Assembly (NCBI GenBank): GCA_010909165.1
Contig: VJWM01000399.1
Coordinates: 1 to 19,210 of the forward strand
Direction of reading: 5' to 3'
DNA length: 19,210 nucleotides
Source of the DNA: Anthoceros angustus
Taxonomy: Eukaryota; Plantae; Anthocerotophyta
Both the position numbers and the translations under genes were made by a program. This document shows positions 1-10,690 of this stretch, piece after piece. The notes below the pieces were generated by a model. That model saw only the letters and a program-made list of their open reading frames with translations. It ran no database searches and was not told where the DNA came from. Every line of letters begins with the position of its first letter. Position 1 is the first letter of the stretch.

Positions 1-944
1 ACTACTACCTATATACTAGCTACTGCACGTTATACTTATAGGACTACTTGTCCTTGGCCTTTGGCCAATGCCTCAAGCAAGCTAGAATGTCTCGATAAAA
101 AACTATAATAATATTACACGCACCATGACCCAAGGACAACAAATGCTCATTGATGGTTTAGCGAATGGCGTGCCTTCACCTTCCTTTTCCCTCACCCCGG
201 TGCATGCAAGTGAGAACATCACTTTCATTTCCATCAAAATTTCTTTCATTTGTTTACAACTGTGTTTCAATTGTCCAACTAATCAAAATTGATCGAATCC
301 AAGCCATACTCCCTATAGTCACAATTGATATGATTCGGTCATGGAAGTAGTCCAATCGCTACGACCGCTTTCTCTGCGACCGCTGCATCTGGCCCCAGTG
401 GGTTGGTTACCGCTTCTTTTCGTTTGGTGTGCCATGGATGGGATAGTTCAAAAACTTAGACGACGGTGCAATAGTCCTTCCTCCAGATGTGGAGGTGTCT
501 GAATGGAACATAGTGACGGCCAAGTTGTCGTCTTGAACTTCGCTATCAACCCACGAACCCTCTCAATGCCGGCGGCCGAGGCGCAATCGCTTCACCGAGC
601 CGGCTCATATCTTCGGCTAGGGTTGCGTGAAGCTCTACCAAGTCGATTGTGATCTATCTTTATCTTTAAGCACTTCCGCCCAAAGACAATGTTGGAAACC
701 GTGAAGTCGTTAGATCAAAATGTGCATTGTACCCCAACCGTTGACCATCGCCAGCCTTCTCGCAAACACCATTCTGTTGTCGACGCGATGTTGGTCCTAG
801 CATCGCTCACACGTCCCCGACCGAACACGCAATGTCGTAAGGCCCCGAGGACCCATGGACCCTCACCGCTGCCATAGCTCCGCCTGCTTTGCTGGGCGGA
901 CTCCACGTGGGGAGGTGGAGGCCCAAATGATGTCCAATTGCACG
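1..944. repeat. Partial, more divergent copy of the ~1.27 kb tandem repeat unit
   Basis: Collinear with the unit at ~15432-16367, from actactacctatatactagc to gtccaattgcacg. It shows more substitutions and indels than the right-hand copies. Homology stops at ~944. Confidence 0.95.
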
Positions 945-947
945 AAA

Positions 948-974
948 GTCGCGGCCTCGTCACGGGGCCTCGAC
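948..974. other. Imperfect GC-rich inverted repeat (hairpin) at the left array/insert junction
   Basis: gtcgcggcctcg-tca-cggggcctcgac: 12-bp arms, 10/12 complementary, 3-nt loop. It starts 4 nt after repeat homology ends. Confidence 0.7.
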
Positions 975-1070
975 GCGCCCATTGGTTTTCGGGGCCAAAG
1001 GGTAAACGAAGAGAGAGAATTTTTCAATTGGTAAAATTTTTTTACTGAATAAGGTGGAAATTGTAACAAT

Positions 1071-1249
1071 AGAGAAAGCATAGACTGATGGATGGAAACA
1101 TTTTACCATCCAAGTCAAAACTAAACAGAGGGTAAAGAATGGATCAACCAAGTGAATATAGAGTAAAAAGCGTGGGCGATGAATGGAAACATTTTACCAT
1201 CCAAATCAAAACTAGAACAACAGGGTAAAGAATGATCACCAAGTGAATA
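1071..1249. repeat. Two-copy ~90 bp direct repeat
   Basis: atggaaacattttaccatccaaRtcaaaacta...agggtaaagaatg...accaagtgaata occurs at ~1092-1158 and ~1183-1249. Confidence 0.9.
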
Positions 1250-1569
1250 GCAAGTGCGACTGAAATACCATGGTAGATTGTAATCTCTGAGGCCTAGTAA
1301 TTCAACACAATCGTTAATCGTGATAAAACATCTTGTTAGTACCATTCATGCGGATCCGTGATATACAAAAACCAACAAAGAAATATCATCTTTGCAAAGT
1401 TTCAGATATCGATTGCATAATTCAAAATAAATAGAGAAAATACGAGAATAGTTGATCCTCCTTATTCGAAATTACAAATCTACATATACAAAGTAAATTA
1501 GGCTTGTAACCAATTAGACAGATTCGGGAATAGACGCAAAGAAAAAGTTCATTAGAAAAGATTCCCACC

Positions 1570-4500
1570 TTATTTTGGAAAATTGACTGTACAATTGTAG
1601 AGATTGAAGACATAGTTTCCAAGACCACTTGGTTTAACCGGGGCAACTTGTCCAACATTATCATAGTTTGCCAGAAGTTGATGAACCTGGGGGCTTTGGA
1701 GAAATTCTTCATCTTCCTGAAAGTTGAGAACCTAATCAAACATTACCGTCTTAGTCTACTAAAGTAAAATTAGCGATCAAAATCAAGGGAACAATTAAAT
1801 CAACTTACAGCTTTATATGGTTTTCCATGGATGGAAGTGGGCGCTGGAGTGGCTGTAACATTGTCAATAGTTTGCTTCACTTTTCCTTTTCCCTAATCTT
1901 CGCATTTCTGTTGCTCCTTCTACTTCTGTTTGAGTTTTTCTTTGTTTGAAATACTCTTGCCTCCTTTCGACATTTTTTCCTTTGGATCTCCAAAGCTTTC
2001 TCTCTTTGCTTGAAACTCGGTTGTACAGCCTTGCGCTCTGCTGTTCAATCAATGATTCTAAATCATTTGGTTGAAATTCCCTTTTACGATTCTCCTGTCA
2101 TTCTCCCTTTCTCGGGTAATCTCAAAGAAGACGCTGCTCAAACACCTTGAACCACCCTTCTCAACCCCATCGCTCTACAATATCAAAGCTATAAGCGGTG
2201 TCTCCACAATCCTTCCACTGTTGCACTTCCGATTACGATGTCTCACCACAATGACTTCTGGCAGGCCTCAAGCGGGAGGCATCACCTCCACCACCTGTGG
2301 CACCATCAATGTTGAAATGAGGCCGAATGCCTCGTCAAAACTAGTGGTGGGGCTAATACTACCGCCAAAACATAGAATCGGACAAACACAATAAGAGAAT
2401 GAAGGATAAAACTTAAACAACCTTTACATAACCTTTTCAACATGTCGTTGAATACACCCGATAATTGGTCTCTTTGTTGTCAATCGAAGATCTTTACACT
2501 ACTTTACGGCACTTGGACTTCCAAAGCTTCACAATGCTGGGCGCAAACAACAACAAACATTGCATGAAATATTGGGTGCAAACCAGCAAGGAGGGCGACA
2601 ATACAACCAAAGATACTAAGGTCCAGTCTTGACAAAGGGCCACCTTTTCATGGTGGATAGCGAAGGTGTGATTAAATAGCACACAGCAACAAAAAGCAAC
2701 AAAAAGAATCAAATACCAATCGGCAAAAGATTAAAAGAAACAAACCTTAAACCAAAAGCGACTCATGGAATGCTTACGTTCTGCTGAACTTGTAGGCAAC
2801 ATTGAGCACAAACCTTTGCACAACAAATTCTTAACATCACCCTTTACGTATATAGAATCATAATCTTCTCCAAAGCGTAATCACTCCCTTCATGGTAGAA
2901 AATACTTACATCTTGATTTGTTGGAAAAACTATATCTGAGTCCCATTGACAACAACCGGGCACACCCATAAGTCATCCCGCATCCGGTGAGTTCTTCATT
3001 GAGCAACTCATTGTATGATCTTCGTTCACGGGAACTAGAACCACTGCCGGTACTGTTTTACTTGCCCCGACGGTCATACCCGCAAATCCATGATGCAGCG
3101 AGAAGACATCATGTCAATAGAAGGCATAAACAAGTTACGACTGTGCATCAACAAATAGATCCTACCTTGAAAATCCAGCATCGGTTTTGTGGCGGTGGCG
3201 GCTTACGCGCATCGAGGCACACGAGCCATGGTCGGCTAATCATCGTTACATGACTCTTGTTAGTGTAATACCCATCAAGACCAGCTGCTTCCGCCATTGT
3301 CTTCATATATTTTGAGAGCATTCCTTTGGATGCGGAGTTTTGCATACCAAGCCTACTCAGAAAATCAAAGTTAGCACGTCCAATGGAACACAAACCTAGA
3401 ACCCTTATCAAAGATACTTACATTCGATCTTGGATTATCGATGGGAGAATTGAAAAGAAACCCTTGGATAGATATATTCTTGTCACGGTCCACTTTGGAC
3501 AATGGTCAATGACTTTAAATGTTTGAATAACATCCACCTCATAGTTTTCACTTTTGGTAAGTGCTCACTCACGGTAGTTAGCATATCAACTTTGTAATTC
3601 TTGAATGTCGTTCCTCGTGTCTGCGAGGCAACACAAGGAGGGTATTACAACACAAACAAGGTATCATACACAAAGAGTATTACCACACAACAAAGCATCA
3701 ATCAAAACATGGACAAGCGTCTTGTACAACGCCTCGAATCCGAAGAGAATGAGAAGTCACGATTAACGGTTGTGCAATTCCTCCCGCCACGTACTCAAAC
3801 GATTCATGCAAAATATGCACACCTATTCGTAAAAACCGAATCGTTAGAAGCAAACAACGACAACACGTGTTGCAAAAAGCACACAAGAAGGCGGGAATCA
3901 GAACACAAACCTTTTGCGCCTGCCCAAAGAACATTGATGGTCAGCAGGCAAAATTAAGTCTCTCATCATCATCGGATATCGTTTCACCACCTTCGCGATA
4001 CTATACCAAGGTCTTTCTTGATTTTCATGGAAGCAACAAGTGCAGCGACAACCATTGAACCGTGAAACATATTGATCACGAGGCACATCGGACCCGAGGC
4101 AGGCTGCTCGAACACACTTCCTTATCAAAATGCGATTGAACCCTCGAAGAAGGACATCAACCCCGCACTAATACTAATCGTCATAAAATGAAAAGAAGCT
4201 AGCGGAACGAGAAAGGGATGAAGACTTACGTTTGAGGAGAGAATCTTGAGTTGTCTTTTAAGTTCCGAACTTGGTGGAAAAGCGGTATCAATATGAGGTT
4301 CAAGTCCTTGTGAGGAATGTCCTCTATTGCACTATCCCAACCCCTCACACTCACTTTCATGAAGACTTAAGGCGACTTGGCACCAATTATTTTAGGCGTT
4401 TGGACTTGTCCTCACCACCACTCATTGCATCATTCACGGCTCCCTCGGAATCGAGATCAAACCCTTAGTCCCTAAAATGGGCCTCATCTTCAATTTCTTC

Positions 4501-5080
4501 CATGCCCATAGCAAAATCATCCTCGGGATCAGACCTCATTCTCTCAAACATATCAATACACTCACAGTGGGGATAACTTCAGTTCGGGGGCGACAGAATG
4601 GAAAACTCACGGTGAAAAATTCAGAGACTTATCTTCTTTGCAGGGAGCAGCCACCATTTCAGAGAGGCATGTACTTCGCTAGTCGAGGACCATGGAATCG
4701 GTGTGTCGGATGGACATTCTCACCAACAAACTTAACCTCTCTCGAAAAGCAGGGGCGGTGGTTAGTAATCTCGACAAGGGACCCTCCACCAAGGGCCTGG
4801 TCGGGTGTCAACCCTTCTTCTCTTAAGAGCAAATTCGAAAGCCGGGCATCCTCCTTGGATGAAAAGTGCCTTGGCGGTTTGGGAATGGACTTTTCGGCAC
4901 CAAATATGTCCCTCACTATGCACAGAGACACCGTCCAACTTACCATCATCCTGCGGAGGGTGGGTTGCAGTGTGAACGATGGTCTTTTAACACGTTGTCA
5001 GTGTCAGCTTGGACATGACTTGAGACAAAGGTGCACTTCTTGCCGGTCCAGCGGCCGGTGGGTTTTCTTTTAGGAGCCAT
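1570..5080 (-). pseudogene. Multi-exon Crypton/DUF3504-type tyrosine recombinase gene, frameshifted as assembled (pseudogene or sequencing errors)
   Basis: Manual minus-strand translation across GT-AG introns, allowing frameshifts. Start MAPKRKPTGRW (ATG 5080). Then IEDIPHKDLNLILIPLFHQVRNLKDNSRFSPQT|L-SLLRGFNRIL (donor 4229); ETISDDDERL; VRGG catalytic-Arg box (~3780-3794); TFKNYKVD; DVIQTFK..IDHCPK..FLFNSPIDNPRSN (exon 3620-3422); AWYAK..SKGMLSKYMKTMAEAAGLDGYYTNKS..VTMISR..VP..HKTDAGFSR|YDR (exon 3352-3166; His 3189-3191, Tyr 3076-3078). Last exon 1731-1570 is VLNFQEDEEF...NYVFNLYNCTVNFPK*. Motif order matches Crypton/ZMYM/KCTD1-type DUF3504 domains, recognised from family knowledge with no search run. 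Confidence 0.85.
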
Positions 5081-6469
5081 ACGCAACACCGAGAAGTCAT
5101 CGAACAACGTTGAGATGTACAAACAACATAACGGATAACAAGCGAAGAAAGAACTCACATGCGCCTTGAACCGTCGGATGAGAACACTTTGGAAGGTCTA
5201 AAAGTTGATTATCGAACCGGTCTAGACAAGAGAGGATATGGGCGTGCCCCAAAACACAACTTGGGGCTAGACATTGTTAGAGTTGTTATTCCTTCCACTA
5301 TTAAGGATGACATAGAACACGTCAAAAATACACCACATATGGGAAAAATAAAGTGAAAACCCTTTTCCAAGTACAACAAGAGTTAGAGCGTACAAACAAC
5401 CATAGATGTACAACATATACCGGACCACACAAGTAAAACAATCAGCTGCTCATTGGACAACATGACTCATCCATGCCACCATATTCCTAGATTAGAATCG
5501 GAAAACATCCAAAGATGTTGGGAGGCAAACCCTCCGAGACGTTGCACACTTCAATACACTTTTAAACCGGTCTATGAGATTAAGCTCCAAGACATGCACA
5601 ATACACCATGCCCAATCCAGTTCACTTTTCAATAGACACAAGCGAGATAGGTGATTACCAAATCTACAAAGCAGGGTCTTCAACGACAAAAGCGAGCAAG
5701 CAAAAGCGGGTTATGGACCTGCAAAAGTCAACTTAAAGCGACACAACAACCTTTCATGAAACAGAACCGAAAAAAATCAAAATGCGGTACGGAAGAACAA
5801 ACAACGCTACACAACGGACAATCAACACTACGAGACAAACAAAGTCATTCTGACGAAAAGGATCACATGACACGAAGACAAGAAAGCAGTAGACGGATGA
5901 TACCATACCGCGAAACCAAAGCGATATAAGCCCATACATAGGGACACTTCCAACAAGCAAATAGAAGGATTATACAGAAGACAATAAAGATCACAAATGC
6001 ATACATCGAATCGAACAAAAGTGAGCGGTACGCAACACTCAAAGCCTCTAAGTCTAAGAAAGTTCTGGTCGATTTCATAAAAGGAACCGGAGGGACTGGT
6101 CGTTTTCATAAAAGCAAGCAGCCCACCATTAATGGTGGCTTCAACAACAAAACCACGATGTACAGCGAACAACAACAATACGACAACAAGAGGCGAGGCG
6201 TAGCAAAGACAAATCGGATAGCAATTGAGCATCGAGAGACATCTTCTAGCAAATAGACAAGCACGCGTCACGGACAAAGAACAAGATCATCGACCGGGGT
6301 AGGACACACGCGATAAGGCCAAGACCGAAGCGGCGAATACCGCCGCATTAGCGGCACAAACCGCACAAAACAACAAGGCGAAACAATATACAAGGAGGCA
6401 AGAGACACGTAAGCGCAAATGGACAGCGATTTCAAAAGGAGCGATAGACCTTAACCTTTAAGCGAGCGA

Positions 6470-7003
6470 AACCTTGGCCTTGATTGTCAAAACACTTGAC
6501 CGTGTCAAAACACCTTGGCTTTCGGACTTAGCAACAACCAGGCCTTAGAGCAAAGACCTTGACCTTCGGGCACGGAAACCCCTTGGCCTTGAAAAACAAC
6601 CTTCAAAGCGAGCAGCAAAACGAACTTTGCCTTGAAGCAAACTTACGAGACCTTGGCCTTGAGCGAAGGCGGTAAAACCTTAGCCTTTGGAAGGCACTGA
6701 AAGAACACAGGCTCAAAAAAGCAGACAAAGGCCTTAGCCTAGAACACCTTGGCCTTGACGGCTACAAAGGGCTTAGCCGAGCCTGACTGAAACAACCTTG
6801 GCTGCGTAACTAGAACTAGACAGCTCCTAAGCCTTGAAGCAAAGCTGGATGCCTTGGCCTACGAAGGCAGCATGCTGGCCTTGGCCTTGAAAAACAGACG
6901 GAATACCTTGGCCACTGAAACTAATCAGACAGACGCCTAAGCCTGGGAGAAGAGGTGGACCACCTAGGCCTCAAAGGAAGAGAGAAAAAGACCTTGGCCT
7001 TTG
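6470..7003. repeat. Degenerate ~25-30 bp periodic array with conserved core (A)CCTTRGCCTTGA
   Basis: About 20 core copies, e.g. at ~6471, 6513, 6580, 6650, 6677, 6745, 6795, 6826, 6851, 6878, 6905, 6935, 6962, 6991, separated by variable A-rich spacers. Confidence 0.85.
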
Positions 7004-7012
7004 GAGAAGCCG

Positions 7013-7210
7013 TTTATATAAACCACCAAACCCTAACCATTCTCCCTCTGCCGTACTACGTTCTCTCTCTACCAAACTCTGATTTGAATGCTTGAACCTA
7101 ATATTGCGGAATCCAAACCTACGTAGGTTCGCCATTCATTGCCGCCGCATACTGTTCAACCAAACCTAGGTTACGGATTCCAAACCTAGCCTAAGCAGTA
7201 CCAAACCTAA
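7013..7210 (+). promoter_or_regulatory. Putative plant-type core promoter: TATA box, telo-box and telo-box-like cluster
   Basis: tttatataaa at 7013-7022 and aaaccctaa at 7028-7036, followed by a CT-rich tract. Four to five (a)aaccta motifs lie between ~7095 and 7210. Strand composition switches from A-rich to pyrimidine-rich here. Confidence 0.5.
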
Positions 7211-8019
7211 TCTCCGAGCCCCGAAGCCGGTAGGCGTAAGCAAGCTATCGTCCAACCACACACGCCACCGCCGTCAGAACCATCTAGAACCAGTTTCGGT
7301 ATTTAAAACACACTTAGGGTTTCTCACTCGCCCAACACGCCAGTCGCTCTTCACCAAGTCGTCTTGTGACCTTTGGCGGTCGGCATCTCGTTCTGATCGG
7401 CGCCTTTGCAGTGTGTTCCGCAGTTTGCTGGTGTCCTCGGGGAAGCTCGGCTCCACTCCCTTCATCTGGTCGCCACCACCCGTCGATGGGCTCTCTATTC
7501 CGATCGCCTAGTCTTTGGTTCCGGTCCTTGCATGTTCATCAATTCCACTCGATATTGGTTCTGCTGGGAACTACGATCGAGTTCATTTTGCAGCCCACAG
7601 TGGCATCCGACTCACGCTTAGCTCTGCCGCGTAATTGGACAACGGTCGCCTTCCTCCGTCGCGACGTCGAAACACGACGTTCTCCTTACTCTTTCGTTCT
7701 AGCCCTTTGCCCGGCATGTCCAGCCATTGATGTCATTTTGTCCACCCGACCAGTTTACATGTTGGATCTCCCTCCCATGGTAACTTTTGGTTCCGATCCG
7801 ATTGCCGGGTTTCAGGTGCCTTTGCACCAAGGTTATGGAAAAAGTTCTCTTGTGGGTTATGGTGCTCTTCCTTTGTTCCCACCCGATCGATCGCGGCTGT
7901 TTGGTCTTTGCTTGCGATACCCTTTCATTGACCAGTGGGTTACTTGCTAAGTTGCTCTCTTGGTCTTGTTTTTCTCTGTCATTGTTTTTACATGCCTTGT
8001 CCGTTCTTACCCACATGGC

Positions 8020-8846
8020 TTGTCCTGCAGTTCAGCCTCCTTCCCTGTCACGGCTGTGCATCCATTGTCTGAGTTTCAATTTGGGTTGCTTGGTATTTCG
8101 AGGTGTAAGCCAGGAGGCTCTTTACTGTGACTGCGTTGTCACCACGTAAGCTTACAGTCCTCTTTTGGTGTTGGCGCGTGGCGATTACTTAAAGTTCTCT
8201 CACCTTAAAAGGACCAAGTTTGTAAATCTCGATTTGGTCACCGGTCACATCCCACTAGTTGGGCATCATTGGTAAGCATGGAGTTTTGATGGGCTAGTGT
8301 TTTCAATGCCACGTTTGTCATGCACTTAATAAACTCACGGCCGTCTCATCTCCGAGGTGAGTGCGACCAAAGGTCCATGAAGGCGCCATCCTAGTGTAGT
8401 GCGTCCGTCACTATAATTCTATGTCATTTTGACGGTCCGGAGGTTGGGGTTTTTTGAAACTAATGAATGATTGGGTTGTGGGCGGAGGTAAGGGTTAAAT
8501 CGAGCAAGAGTCTCGTTCTTGAAGTCTTTTGAACATAACTATCCTGCGTAAAACATAGATCTTGTGTGCGAGTTTGAGAACATATTCGCTTGCTTCCAAC
8601 AAAATTCTTTAGTGGTGATGACGGTTTTAACAAAATTCGACGCGGGATCTTGCGGACAATTGGTTTCGTGAGCGTCGGAAGCGGCGTATGTGGGCGTAAG
8701 TAATACCTTGCTCGACCGTTCTTTGTTTTGCGCGGCGTCTTGTGCGATCAGTTGACGGTGGCTGTCCACTAATTACGATGGCTTTTCATTTGAATCGGGA
8801 TGGAATCGACAACGCGAAAGCAATAACGATTTTCAAATCCAAGAAG
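8020..8846 (+). pseudogene. Possible second spliced gene of unknown function, divergent from the recombinase
   Basis: Plus-strand donor-like sites (gtaagc ~8272, gtaagg ~8488, gtaagt ~8696, AAG|gtac 8847) and acceptor-like sites (ctgcag ~8030, ttacag ~8157, atcag ~8751) are spaced like short exons and introns downstream of the putative promoter. No family recognised; reading frame not resolved. Confidence 0.3.
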
Positions 8847-8876
8847 GTACTTGATTGCTACATGTATTATACGTTT

Positions 8877-9090
8877 CTTACTTTGCTTTTACTTTTACTT
8901 TGCTACTTTACTTTTACTTTTACTTTTACTTTTACTTTTACTTTACTACTTTGCTACTTTGCTCTTACTTTTACTTTTACTTTGCTACTTTGCTAACTTG
9001 CTACTTTACTTTTACTTTTACTTTTACTTTAACTCTTACCTTGTTACTTTACTTTTACTTTTACTTTTACTTTTACTTTTACTTTTACTT
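8877..9090. repeat. (TTTTAC)n microsatellite with TTTGCTAC variants at the right insert/array junction
   Basis: Directly visible; runs into the array unit at tgtgtttcaattg (9091). Confidence 0.97.
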
Positions 9091-10606
9091 TGTGTTTCAA
9101 TTGTCCAACTAATCAAATTGATCGAATCAAGCCATACTCCCTATAGTCACAATTGATATGATTCGGTCATGGAAGTAGTCCTTCCTCCGAGATGTGGAGG
9201 TGTCACGAATGGAACATAGTGGCCAAGTTCTTGTCTTGAACCGCTATCAACCGAACCCTCTCAATGCGGTGCGTCGGCACAATGTTGGAAACCGTGAAGT
9301 CGTTAGGATCAAAATGTGCATTGTACCCCAACTGTTGACCATCGCGACTTTCGTTGGTGGTTGCCATCCGTTGACTAGCTTGGTATCACCCCGATGGATG
9401 CTCTCTCAATGCGGTGCGTCGGCACAATGTTGGAAACCGTGAAGTCGTTAGGATCAAAATGTGCATTGTACCCCAACACGTTGACTAGCTTGGTATCACC
9501 CCGATGGATGCTCTCTTGATGCGTCCTCGTCAATGTTGACCAATACTAATCCGTAGGTGTGTCTTTGTACCCTATAGTCACAATTGATATGATTCGGTCA
9601 TGGAAGTAGTCCTTCCTCGAGATGTGGAGGTGTCACGAATGGAACATAGTGACGGCCAAGTTCTTGTCTTGAACTTCGCTATCAACCCTTGAACCCTCTC
9701 AATGCGGTGCGTCGGCACAATGTTGGAAACCGTGAAGTCGTTAGGATCAAAATGTGCATTGTACCCCAACACGTTGACTAGCTTGGGTATCACCCCGGTG
9801 CATGCAAGTGAGAACATCACTTTCATTTGTTTACAAGCGTGTTTCAATTGTCCAACTAATCAAATTGATCGAATCAAGCCATACTCCCTATAGTCACAAT
9901 TGATATGATTCGGTCATGGAAGTAGTCCTTTTCGACCGCTTTCTCTTGCGTTATACTTATAGGACTACTTGTCCTTGGCCTTTGGCCAATGCTGCGAAAC
10001 AAGCTAGAATGTCTCGATAAAAACTATAATAATATTACACGCACCATGACCCAAGGACAACAAATGCTCATTGATGGTTTAGCGAATGGCGTGCCTTCCT
10101 TTTCCCTCACCCCGGTGCATGCAAGTGAGAACATCACTTTCATTTCCATCAAAATTTCTTTCATTTGTTTACAAGTGTTTCAATTGTCCAACTAATCAAA
10201 TTGATCGAATCAAGCCATACTCCCTATAGTCACAATTGATATGATTCGGTCATGGAAGTAGTCCTTCCTCGAGAGATGTGGAGGTGTCTGAATGGAACAT
10301 AGTGGCCAAGTTCTTGTCTTGAACCGCTATCAACCGAACCCTCTCAATGCGGTGCGTCGGCACAATGTTGGAAACCGTGAAGTCGTTAGGATCAAAATGT
10401 GCATTGTACCCCAACTTTGTTGACCATCGCGACTTTCGTTGGTGGTTGCCATCCGTTGACTAGCTTGGTATCACCCCGATGGATGCTCTCTTGATGCGTC
10501 CTCGTCAATGTTGGAAACCGTGAAGTCGTTAGGATCAAAATGTGCATTGTACCCCAACACGTTGACTAGCTTGGTATCACCCCGGTGCATGCAAGTGAGA
10601 ACATCA

Positions 10607-10690
10607 CTTTCATTTCCATCAAAATTTCTTTCATTTCCATCAAAATTTCTTTCATTTCCATCAAAATTTCTTTCATTTCCATCAAAATTT
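10607..10690. repeat. 21-bp tandem expansion x4 (ctttcatttccatcaaaattt); x3 again at 11130-11192
   Basis: Single copy in intact units, where it is bounded by the direct repeat ctttcattt. Confidence 0.95.

Larger units (their letters stand above)
945..9090 (-). mobile_element. Putative Crypton-like (tyrosine recombinase) element or single-copy island interrupting the tandem array
   Basis: Non-repeat segment bounded on both sides by the 1.27 kb repeat and containing a DUF3504-type recombinase gene. Boundaries are defined only by loss of repeat homology. No TIR or clean target duplication was seen, and the array phase differs on the two sides. Confidence 0.5.

Noticed and set aside
945-980. Helitron 3' terminus (hairpin plus CTRR)
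   Set aside because: The hairpin is present, but the minus-strand end reads TTTCGTG, not CTRR at an A|T target. No RepHel sequence was seen.
4477-5073. 198 aa plus-strand ORF
   Set aside because: Antisense shadow of the recombinase's first exon region; no recognisable features.
1570-5080. Starship captain (DUF3435) or DIRS/Ngaro retroelement recombinase
   Set aside because: Motifs fit DUF3504/Crypton. No RT, RNase H, gag or terminal repeats were recognised, and the gene has many introns.
6470-7003. CRISPR-like repeat-spacer pattern
   Set aside because: The core is only ~10-12 bp and degenerate, the spacers ~15 bp; no cas genes.
7366-7950. 194 aa plus-strand ORF
   Set aside because: Non-ATG start in pyrimidine-rich UTR- or intron-like sequence; no recognisable domain.
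8877-9090. Telomeric repeat
   Set aside because: TTTTAC/GTAAAA lacks the G-run of typical telomere repeats. AAACCCTAA motifs at ~7028 suggest a TTTAGGG-type host.
8742-9156. Poly-Leu, (FT)n and (YF)n ORFs
   Set aside because: Translations of the TTTTAC microsatellite.
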